A DNA stretch of 64,000 nt from Chloroflexota bacterium (GTDB lineage: Bacteria > Chloroflexota > Anaerolineae > Aggregatilineales > UBA3940), in the NCBI GenBank assembly GCA_010092885.1, contig JAADYX010000159.1, positions 27,554 to 91,553 on the forward strand. The letters run 5' to 3'. Made by a program: the position numbers and the translations under genes. Below the pieces are notes generated by a model, which was given only the letters and a program-made list of their open reading frames with translations, ran no database searches and was not told where the DNA came from. Positions 8,312 to 16,069 of this stretch are shown here, in pieces; positions within the stretch are counted from its first letter, which is position 1; each line of letters starts with the position of its first letter.

Positions 8312-11107
8312 TCAGGGGGCTACAGCAGCCAGGGCATCACAGGCCGGGCAGGAGCCATCCGGGCGGATCATGGCGTAACCGGCCTGCGGATCCGCGCCAT
8401 AGACCTGAAAATCTACATTGAAAATGATCATCATCCGGACACGCCCACTTTGTGACGACAGGACGGCTGCTTCAGCAAGCCAGGCGGCCTGCTGCTGAAC
8501 CGTCGTGTTTGAGGCCCATCCGAAGGCAGAGGGCAGAGAGTCAAACCCTTCGCCGCTCAGATAGCCCAGTTCGGTGAAGCACAGCGGCTTACCGAACTTA
8601 TCGTAGCGGCTGATCATGCCATAGAAATAGCGCGTCGGGTACTCGTCACGCGGGTCTCCCGTGCGCTGGCTCGGCGGAATGATGCCCTCGTTGTAGTGCA
8701 CCCCCATGCAGTCCATGTAGTTGGCAGCACCGGCAGCAGCCATCTGATCGACGTACACATCATCATTGCAGCCTGTGATGGTACTGTCCCCCACAGTAAT
8801 GGTCGAACATCCGCCCGGGAAAGCACCGGTCGGGGTGGGCGCACCCGCAATCACCAGGACGTTGGGGTTCGCTGCTTTGATCGCTTCATAAGCTGGCGCG
8901 AGCATGTTGGTCACATAGCTTTCACCACTGATCTGATCGGCTGGCCACTCGCGGTCGAAGTTCATCTCATTCCACACTTCGATGGCATCGGGGCCGAGGG
9001 CGGCCACCCCCGCCAGGAACTGCGTGTAAGCGGCATAGTCGATGCTGTCCGGATACAGTGGACCGGGGATGCTCAACAGCACCTTGAAGCCGCGCGCACG
9101 CGCGTCGTTGATCCGACCGGCAACTGCACTTGGCGGGTCAGCCGGAGACCACTTGTGCTGGAACTTGACCCAGGTCATCCCGGTGGCGGCCATGAGATCC
9201 GGGTTAGCGAAGCTGTGTGTTTGGCCACCCAGCTCAAATTCGCCTGCCGCGATGGTGCCCGTCGGCGGTGCCGGAGTGGGCTGTTCGGTGGGCTCTTCTA
9301 CTTCCTCGGGTGGGAGTTCAGCCTGCTCATCACCGGCTTCGTCCTCCTCTTCCGGCTCAGCCGGTTCAGGCACCGAACCGGCTACATCCAGGGTAAGTGA
9401 CCCGATGGCGGTTTGCTGATCGCCGGTTTGCACCCGCGCCGCGATCTCGTATGTACCCGTATCGCTGAACACTTGCCAGAGCACCTGCATCAGCGTGAGA
9501 TCCCCGCTTTGTTCCGCCACAACGGTACCATCACCCGTTGAGACATTCCATACCAAGCTGATCGGGGTGGGGCCTTCAACTTCACCCCCGGTGAGGAACG
9601 CGTTGAGCCCGTTGATCACAGTTGGCGCAGCATATGGTTCACCCGCGCCCTCTACCGCGACCGCACCCAGACCGTAGGCCCGGGCCCACTCCAGCCGCTG
9701 CTGAAGCGCCTGCGCGGAGCTGAAGTAGACGATGTGGCTGCCTTCATTGTCCGAATAAGTGAGGTAGTTCATGCCGAGTGCAGGATCAAATCCCATCGAC
9801 TCAACCTCGCCCTGCAGACGCACAGCGAAATCCGCGTTGACCGGCACCGGCGCTCCAGGCGTGAGGTAGCCTTCAATGGCGGTCACCTCACCGAATAAAG
9901 CAGAAGCTTCCTCAAAGGTTAGCGGCTGGGCTCCTGTGTCGGACAGATCAACAGTGTACGCACTGACCAACAACCCGGTGCGGCTGCGCTCTACATGGGC
10001 CACCAACGTATCGAGTGCCTCACCACTGGCATACACTGCTGGATCGGCCCCGGGCGCCAGCCACACCCGATCCGTGGTGCGCCCCAGTGCAGCCAGATCA
10101 TAGGAGTTCATCGAGTCCGCGTAGACGATCACGCCCAGCGTCTTGGACTCAGCGGCCAAATCCTCCGCCAGCGCCGCGACAAACGCCGCATAGCCGGATC
10201 CTGGTGAGAAATCCAGGACAAGACCGTTGTAGCCGGCAGCCAATGCAACCAGTGCGTCATGGAGATTGTCTACGCCCTCGTAGCTGACAAGGGCACGGTT
10301 GGTTACGACAGGCGTGATGCGTGTACCAGATGCTTCGACAGGTGTGCCGTTCAGCTGGCCACTGCCATCGACTGTCACGCCGCGCGGCATGGCCAATCCA
10401 TAATCCGCATCGGTCTGACCACCATTTGCGGGGATGACCTCTGCGGCCTCAGCCGCCTCTGGCTGCGTGCGCACGGCCATCACCGCGAGGTTCTGACTGG
10501 CATCAAACACGATGCTGCCCGTCGCTGCATCAACAGTGCTGGGCACGAACTGCCACTCACCGTCCTGCCAGGCATACAGATCAACAAGGGCCAGCGGCTC
10601 AGCGCCATTTGGGATCGCCATCAGCCCGGTGAGGGAGCCGTCGCCGCGCGTGGTCACCTCATAGATGGGGCTCAATGGTTCGAGCCGGGCAGGCAGCACG
10701 CTGTATGCGGCTGTCCACTGACGGCCAGCCTGCTCACTCACGAACAGTTCACGGGGAACCGTCTCCACGCGGACTCGGGCACTGCCCTCCTCAATGCGCA
10801 GCAGCAGACCATCCGGATGGGTTATCTCCGGCGAGGCTGCATTGAGTGCCGTCGCGCGTCCACCACCGAGCAGAGCGACAGCAGCCACCACTACACCGAC
10901 CACAACAGCCAATCCGCCCACACCAGCAACTGGCAGAAGCCATTTGGGCATACCACGCGCGTCGTCATTGGCGGGCATTTCAGAGGCGGGTACTTCAGAC
11001 TGCTCCAGCTCAGGCACATCTGCTGGTTCAATGATGGGGGTTTCCTGCTGTTCGGGGACTGAGTCCAAGATGTCCTCAGCGATGTCGTTGTCACGATCGT
11101 CGCTCAT
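8312..11107 (-). CDS. Large membrane-anchored multidomain protein (array member 1, first gene of the array)
   Basis: ATG 11107 is preceded by GAGGAG. Acidic N-tail, then TM WLLPVAGVGGLAVVVGVVVAAVALL. GH18-like: AAGYNGLVLDFSPGS ... RLEWARAYGLGAVAVEG. PKD-like: LVWNVSTGDGTVV..GTYEIAARV. An E/P-rich linker follows. GH-A: FELGGQT, AIEVWNEMN, MGVHYNEG, CFTELGYLSG, RPDGSCPAC. Confidence 0.75.
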   Translation of the reverse strand: MSDDRDNDIAEDILDSVPEQQETPIIEPADVPELEQSEVPASEMPANDDARGMPKWLLPVAGVGGLAVVVGVVVAAVALLGGGRATALNAASPEITHPDGLLLRIEEGSARVRVETVPRELFVSEQAGRQWTAAYSVLPARLEPLSPIYEVTTRGDGSLTGLMAIPNGAEPLALVDLYAWQDGEWQFVPSTVDAATGSIVFDASQNLAVMAVRTQPEAAEAAEVIPANGGQTDADYGLAMPRGVTVDGSGQLNGTPVEASGTRITPVVTNRALVSYEGVDNLHDALVALAAGYNGLVLDFSPGSGYAAFVAALAEDLAAESKTLGVIVYADSMNSYDLAALGRTTDRVWLAPGADPAVYASGEALDTLVAHVERSRTGLLVSAYTVDLSDTGAQPLTFEEASALFGEVTAIEGYLTPGAPVPVNADFAVRLQGEVESMGFDPALGMNYLTYSDNEGSHIVYFSSAQALQQRLEWARAYGLGAVAVEGAGEPYAAPTVINGLNAFLTGGEVEGPTPISLVWNVSTGDGTVVAEQSGDLTLMQVLWQVFSDTGTYEIAARVQTGDQQTAIGSLTLDVAGSVPEPAEPEEEDEAGDEQAELPPEEVEEPTEQPTPAPPTGTIAAGEFELGGQTHSFANPDLMAATGMTWVKFQHKWSPADPPSAVAGRINDARARGFKVLLSIPGPLYPDSIDYAAYTQFLAGVAALGPDAIEVWNEMNFDREWPADQISGESYVTNMLAPAYEAIKAANPNVLVIAGAPTPTGAFPGGCSTITVGDSTITGCNDDVYVDQMAAAGAANYMDCMGVHYNEGIIPPSQRTGDPRDEYPTRYFYGMISRYDKFGKPLCFTELGYLSGEGFDSLPSAFGWASNTTVQQQAAWLAEAAVLSSQSGRVRMMIIFNVDFQVYGADPQAGYAMIRPDGSCPACDALAAVAP

Positions 11108-11122
11108 GGCGTCTCCTCACTA

Positions 11123-11159
11123 CATCAAAACGGCGGCTGTGTGTATGCACTTGCCGCCG
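11123..11159 (-). terminator. Terminator-like hairpin plus U tract in the leader of the hydrolase array
   Basis: Minus strand: CGGCGGC (11159..11153), a 15-nt loop, GCCGCCG (11137..11131), then UUUUGAUG. It lies between the predicted promoter and the GAGGAG SD of the first array gene. Confidence 0.45.
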
Positions 11160-11174
11160 AAATAACCGCAGTGC

Positions 11175-11203
11175 ATTCTATCGTGTACGTGGGGGCACTG
11201 CAA
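11175..11203 (-). promoter_or_regulatory. Putative sigma-70 type promoter for the hydrolase array
   Basis: Minus strand: TTGCAG (11203..11198), 17 bp spacer, TAGAAT (11180..11175), in the 106-bp gap after the phosphatase gene. Confidence 0.45.
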
Positions 11204-11213
11204 TATACTGAAC

Positions 11214-11666
11214 CTACGCCTGCCCTTCGATCCGCCACTGCATGATATCCAACATCGAGTGGGGCAGCCCGGTGTAGTCCAGCAACGACTGCCACAGGGT
11301 CGTGTGCGGTTCGGTGAGCGGATGCTGTTGGCGCAGGTGCTCGTAGGCTTCACGCAGCCCCATGCCCTGAGAGACCAGATAGGCAAGGACCACAGTTGCT
11401 GAGCGGCTCATACCAGCCCAACACATGACCAATACCCGGCCCTCATTGTCGATTTCACCCTGCATAATGGCCAAAAAATCATCGAAGGTCTCAGCGGATA
11501 TGGGCCTTCCATCCGGGATGGGGCGGTCCACCACAGGGATGTCCTGTACACCGCTGAGGGGTTCCTCATGCAGATAGAGGATCCGTGTGATGCCAAACTC
11601 AGACAGGCGCGCTTTTGCGGCATTCACATCACCGATGTAGACCTGATTGGTGACTTTGCTGATCAT
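11214..11666 (-). CDS. Dual-specificity (Cys-based) phosphatase family protein
   Basis: 150 aa. The active-site signature VLVMCWAGMSRSATVVLAYL matches CX5R(S/T). Its ATG overlaps the TGA of the upstream GT2 gene (ATGA). Confidence 0.8.
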   Translation of the reverse strand: MISKVTNQVYIGDVNAAKARLSEFGITRILYLHEEPLSGVQDIPVVDRPIPDGRPISAETFDDFLAIMQGEIDNEGRVLVMCWAGMSRSATVVLAYLVSQGMGLREAYEHLRQQHPLTEPHTTLWQSLLDYTGLPHSMLDIMQWRIEGQA

Positions 11667-12409
11667 CGCGACCGAGCCCGATGCTTGACTGCGAGACGCA
11701 GTGTATCGGCAATGGTACGGGTGACACGCATCTTGGTCTCCGTCGGTTTCAGATCATAGCGAAGAACCAGCGGAACTTCGCCAAAGCGCGTTTCGGGTAG
11801 GCGGCTCACCTGAAGAAGGATCTCGACCATGCAGGCGAACCCCTCTTCTGTGATGAAGTCATCGCCAAAGCTGTCATATGCCTCTTGTAGTGTTTCCATC
11901 CGGTAGGCGCGATAACCACACGAATAATCGCGAATCCCTTGAATGGGCAGAATGGTCTGGAAGAGGACGCTCATCACTCGGCTGTACAAACGGCGCATGA
12001 ACGGCACACCGTGGACTTCCGCCCCGGGTTGGAATCGTGATGCCACAACCACATCATGACCCTGTGCTTCAATGAGATGGCGCATGGCGAGCATATGTTG
12101 GGGGGGTTGGGTATTGTCTGCATCCATCGTAACGATGATATCACCCGATTGCGCGTGGTCGAGTGCTCGCCGCAATCCCGTCTGAATGGCCTGGCTGAGC
12201 CCTCTGTTCTGCGGATGATTGGCCAGCTCAACCCACGGATGCATGCTGCTGAAGTCCGATACGACATCGGCAGTAGCATCGGCACTGCCATCGTTGACGA
12301 TGATCACATGCATATCAGGGATGTCCGCAGCACGGACATGCGCTAACTTCTCAAGCAGCGGGGGAAGGGCTTCTTCCTCATTATAAGCCGGCAGAACAAC
12401 GTAAATCAT
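11663..12409 (-). CDS. Family 2 glycosyltransferase, polyprenyl-phosphate sugar synthase-like (Dpm1/GtrB type)
   Basis: MIYVVLPAYNEEEALPPLLEKL, IVNDGSADAT, VTMDADNTQPP (DxD). The track start at 12412 is a TTG; the ATG at 12409 is preferred. Confidence 0.75.
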   Translation of the reverse strand: MIYVVLPAYNEEEALPPLLEKLAHVRAADIPDMHVIIVNDGSADATADVVSDFSSMHPWVELANHPQNRGLSQAIQTGLRRALDHAQSGDIIVTMDADNTQPPQHMLAMRHLIEAQGHDVVVASRFQPGAEVHGVPFMRRLYSRVMSVLFQTILPIQGIRDYSCGYRAYRMETLQEAYDSFGDDFITEEGFACMVEILLQVSRLPETRFGEVPLVLRYDLKPTETKMRVTRTIADTLRLAVKHRARSR

Positions 12410-12433
12410 CAAGGTGGTTCCTGGACACGGATT

Positions 12434-13099
12434 ATGAGGCCCAAAGATAACACAGACACAGCTAGTCCGTCACTAACGCTGGCTTCTGCCTCGCCAAGAC
12501 GGCATGAGCTGCTGGCTCTATTCGGCCTGCCGTTCCGAATACAGGCGGCCCATATCGACGAGGCGCGTCGAGCGGGTGAAACACCAGAAGCCTATGCGAC
12601 AAGGATGAGCCGGGAGAAGGCCGCAGCCGTAGACCGAGCAGGCATCATCATCGCGGCGGATACGGTTGTTGCCATCAACAACGATGTGCTCGACAAGCCC
12701 AAAACCGCCGAGGAGGCACGCCGCTCGCTTGAAAGGCTGCGCACCCGCGAACATCGTGTGATCACGGCTGTGACGGTGATATATGGCAATACAATGCTAA
12801 CCGATCTGGCAATCAGCCCTGTAACGATGCGCCCCTACACGGATGGTGAGATAGACGCTTACATCGCCAGCGGGGATCCGTTCGATAAAGCGGGCGCATA
12901 TGCGATTCAAAACGCTGACTTCCATCCAGTGAAAGGCTTCAACCACTGCTATGCCAACGTGATGGGGCTGCCGCTGTGCCATCTGCTGCGCATGCTGCGT
13001 CGCATTGGCATCCAGCCCCCAGCGGATGTGCCTTCAGCCTGCCAGCATCATCTGGCGTATGCCTGCCCGGTTTACGAAGCGATCCTCAGCCAGACGTAA
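12434..13099 (+). CDS. maf: Maf-like nucleoside triphosphate pyrophosphatase
   Basis: LTLASASPRRHELLALFGLPF ... DKAGAYAIQ are classic Maf family blocks. Confidence 0.85.
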   Translation: MRPKDNTDTASPSLTLASASPRRHELLALFGLPFRIQAAHIDEARRAGETPEAYATRMSREKAAAVDRAGIIIAADTVVAINNDVLDKPKTAEEARRSLERLRTREHRVITAVTVIYGNTMLTDLAISPVTMRPYTDGEIDAYIASGDPFDKAGAYAIQNADFHPVKGFNHCYANVMGLPLCHLLRMLRRIGIQPPADVPSACQHHLAYACPVYEAILSQT

Positions 13100-13679
13100 G
13101 CGGTGAGTCGCCCGTAACGTCCGGTGCGTAGTAGGGATTCTCGCCCTCAGCGTGATTCGTCACATCAATGATTTCGCCCACATTGGGAACGGCATCGCGG
13201 ATCATGCGTTCAATGCCGTACTTCAGAGTCACTTGAGAGGCACCGCAGCCCATACAGCCCCCACCAAACTCAATGTAGACATCGCTGCCTTTGACGTCAA
13301 CCAAAGTGACGTAGCCGCCGTGCGCTGCGATGCCCGGATTAATCTGTTTGACGATGATCGCATGCACGCTGCGTGCCAGCGGATCATCCCAGGCCGCGTT
13401 TGGATTGTCCACGCGGAAGCTGCCACGGCTGCCCAGACCGTAATAGTCCAGCGTGGCCCCGCGCAGCTTTTCGACTTGAGTATGGTCGAGGAACAGGGTG
13501 AACCCCTCATGCTCAAGTTCAATGTCGCTGCTGTCTACATCACCACGGTCAAGCACACGGAAGACATAGTTGAATCCGTCCTGACCACGGCCATCCACGG
13601 ATAGATGCACGACCTTGTCAGGCCGATCTCCAAGGGCTTGCGTTAACTTTTGACGGGCGGTATCGGTGATCTCGATCAC
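13086..13679 (-). CDS. NfuA-like Fe-S cluster assembly/carrier protein (A-type-like N-domain plus Nfu C-domain)
   Basis: The C-terminal IEFGGGCMGCGASQVTLKYGIERMI carries the Nfu CxxC motif. The 3' end overlaps maf by 14 bp (convergent). Confidence 0.7.
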   Translation of the reverse strand: MIEITDTARQKLTQALGDRPDKVVHLSVDGRGQDGFNYVFRVLDRGDVDSSDIELEHEGFTLFLDHTQVEKLRGATLDYYGLGSRGSFRVDNPNAAWDDPLARSVHAIIVKQINPGIAAHGGYVTLVDVKGSDVYIEFGGGCMGCGASQVTLKYGIERMIRDAVPNVGEIIDVTNHAEGENPYYAPDVTGDSPLTSG

Positions 13680-13738
13680 GATGTTTCTCCTCGCTTCTTT
13701 CCCATCGAGATCTTAACATCTGGTACAATGAGGCGGCA

Positions 13739-15925
13739 ATGCCTGATAGGAGTTTTATTTTGTCTTCTGCGCTATTGGATGGATTGAACGACGCGCAACG
13801 TGTGGCTGTGACAGCCCCAGACGGACCGGTGCTCATCCTCGCGGGGCCGGGCAGCGGCAAAACACGGGTTCTAACCCGTCGTTTGGCCTACCTCATAGAA
13901 GAGCAGGGTGTACCCCCTTGGCAGATCGTTGCGGTGACATTTACCAATAAAGCCGCCCGTGAGATCCGCCATCGGGTTGACACTGCAACCGGAGAGAGCC
14001 TTGGTGAGGCAATGATCGGCACCTTCCACGCGATTTGTGCCCGGCTGCTGCGTATCGAAGCTGACCAACACCTGCCGCTGTCGTCAGACTATGTGATCTT
14101 CGATGCCTCGGATCAGATCGCGCTGATGAAGACCGTGTTGACGGAGGATATGAACCTCGACCCCAAGAAGTATCCACCACGTCGCATGCTCAATTCTGTC
14201 TCGCGGGCCAAGAACAACCTGATCACGCCTGCGGAGTATCGGGCCGAGAGCTACCTTGAGGAACTGGCTGGGCGTGCCTACGAGCGCTATCAGGAGCACC
14301 TGACACGCAACAACGCGGTCGATTTCGATGATCTGCTAATGCATATGGCTCTTCTGCTGCGGGACAATGATGCCGTTCGCCATAAGTACCAACGACGCTT
14401 CACCCACATTCTGGTAGACGAGTTCCAAGATACCAACATGACACAGTACGAGCTGGTGAAGCTGCTGGCTGCACCGCAGAATAACCTGTTCTGTGTGGGG
14501 GACGAAGATCAGTCGATTTACCGGTGGCGCGGCGCGGATTATCGCAATGTGCGGCGACTGCGTGAGGATTACCCGACCATCCAGACCATTCTATTGGAGC
14601 AGAACTACCGCTCCACGCAAACGATACTTGACGCCTCTGTGGCCGTGATCGATGGGAACCCGCATCGCACTCAAAAGGGCTTGTTCACCGAGGCAGGCCA
14701 AGGCGAGCAGATCCTGATCTATGAAGCACAGGAGGAGAGCGACGAAGCGCAGTTCATTGTTGATACGATTGCCCAACTCGTTAAGGCTAGCGAAGTCGAA
14801 CCCGGCGAGTGTGCGATCATGTACCGTACCAATGCTCAGTCCCGCGTGCTGGAAGAAACATTTGTCCGCGCAGGGCTGCCTTACCGCTTGGTGGGCGGCA
14901 CGCGATTCTACAGCCGCCGGGAGATTAAAGATCTGCTCGCCTATCTGCGTATCATCCACAATCCGGACGATCAGGTCAGCCTGCTGCGCGCGATCAACAC
15001 GCCCACCCGCGGCATCGGGGCGAAGACGCTCGAAGGCCTCGAACAGTGGGCCGAACGATCCAACCTGACGCTTTACGGTGCGCTGCGCCGCATCGCCGAT
15101 GATCCCGATCACACGCCGTTTGGGGGGCGTGCGCTGAACGCACTCGGCGGATTTATGGAACTGCTAGATGGCTGGCGGAGCGTTGCCGAAGAGACACCAC
15201 TGCATCAACTTCTACGGCTGATCATCGATGAAGTGGGCTACTATGACTACATCGTTGACGGCACTGAGCAGGGCGACGACCGCTGGGATAACGTGGAAGA
15301 GCTGTTGGAGCTGGTCACTGAATTCCAGACTGTACCCTTACAGGACTTCCTTACGGAAGTGGCATTGGTCGCAGATGTGGACGATCTACCAACCAGCCCA
15401 AACGCGCCCACCTTGATGACCCTGCACGCCGCCAAAGGTCTGGAGTTCGACGTGGTGTTTATCACCGGGCTGGAGGAGGGTGTACTGCCACACAAACGGT
15501 CTGAGGATGAGCCGGAAGCTCTGCAAGAGGAGCGTCGTCTGCTTTATGTTGGTATGACACGGGCGCGCAAACGCCTGTATCTACTGTACACGTTCAAACG
15601 CATGGTCTTCGGTGAGAGATTGTTGAACACGCCTTCTCGCTTCCTGGAAGCAATCCCCGATGACTTGCTGGTCACGCCGCGCAGCGGATATCGGCGTTCT
15701 GGCTACCGGCGAGCCACCACATGGAGCAGCGCGCCACCGCGCACGGATGAGGTCACACTACAGTTTCGTGCCGGTCAGCGTGTCAGCCATCCCCAATTTG
15801 GCGAGGGCATTGTGATGCAGACTATCGACCGTGGGACGGACACAGAGTTAACCATCGTGTTCGAGGATGTGGGCCCTAAACGGTTGATGGTGCGCTACGC
15901 CAACCTGACCCTGCTCGAGGGCTAA
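13739..15925 (+). CDS. pcrA: ATP-dependent DNA helicase PcrA/UvrD family
   Basis: LLDGLNDAQRVAV, AGPGSGKTRVLT (Walker A), VDEFQDTN, MTLHAAKGLEFDVVF, YVGMTRARKRL. A TTG start about 8 codons downstream (after AGGAG) is an alternative. Confidence 0.9.
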   Translation: MPDRSFILSSALLDGLNDAQRVAVTAPDGPVLILAGPGSGKTRVLTRRLAYLIEEQGVPPWQIVAVTFTNKAAREIRHRVDTATGESLGEAMIGTFHAICARLLRIEADQHLPLSSDYVIFDASDQIALMKTVLTEDMNLDPKKYPPRRMLNSVSRAKNNLITPAEYRAESYLEELAGRAYERYQEHLTRNNAVDFDDLLMHMALLLRDNDAVRHKYQRRFTHILVDEFQDTNMTQYELVKLLAAPQNNLFCVGDEDQSIYRWRGADYRNVRRLREDYPTIQTILLEQNYRSTQTILDASVAVIDGNPHRTQKGLFTEAGQGEQILIYEAQEESDEAQFIVDTIAQLVKASEVEPGECAIMYRTNAQSRVLEETFVRAGLPYRLVGGTRFYSRREIKDLLAYLRIIHNPDDQVSLLRAINTPTRGIGAKTLEGLEQWAERSNLTLYGALRRIADDPDHTPFGGRALNALGGFMELLDGWRSVAEETPLHQLLRLIIDEVGYYDYIVDGTEQGDDRWDNVEELLELVTEFQTVPLQDFLTEVALVADVDDLPTSPNAPTLMTLHAAKGLEFDVVFITGLEEGVLPHKRSEDEPEALQEERRLLYVGMTRARKRLYLLYTFKRMVFGERLLNTPSRFLEAIPDDLLVTPRSGYRRSGYRRATTWSSAPPRTDEVTLQFRAGQRVSHPQFGEGIVMQTIDRGTDTELTIVFEDVGPKRLMVRYANLTLLEG

Positions 15926-16029
15926 CGATTTTCTAGCCATTCATCTTGCGACCATGATGGATTCGCAAGTATAGTTAGACTACCAACTGGGGGGCACAGC
16001 TGTTCCCACAGGTATAACTTATCATCTCC

Positions 16030-16053
16030 GCGGGCTTGCCAGCCCGCTCTTTT
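16030..16053 (+). terminator. Intrinsic terminator after pcrA
   Basis: GCGGGC (16030..16035), loop ttgcca, GCCCGC (16042..16047), then TCTTTT. Confidence 0.6.
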
Positions 16054-16069
16054 AGCCACTGAGGATTAC

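Noticed and set aside
4139-11062. Plus-strand ORFs of 230-270 aa inside the hydrolase array (4139..4837, 6051..6836, 8696..9400, 10259..11062), considered as possible nested or overlapping genes
   Set aside because: Each is antisense to a conserved block of the paralogs. The antisense ORFs recur simply because the sense sequences are paralogous. No motifs or SDs were seen.
11120-11177. A short ORF (MHCGYFGGKCIHTAAVLM*) in the leader of the hydrolase array, considered as a leader peptide by analogy with metG
   Set aside because: Its ATG overlaps the predicted -10 hexamer (tagaATG), so it would not be on the transcript. It has no SD and no run of a diagnostic codon.
15926-16069. Additional hairpins in the pcrA-dnaG spacer (CTTGCGA...TCGCAAG at about 15950..15975, and a CAGCTG-centred imperfect palindrome), considered as a regulatory RNA
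   Set aside because: They are short and imperfect, and are adequately explained as part of the pcrA 3' UTR or terminator region. There is no conserved-motif recognition.
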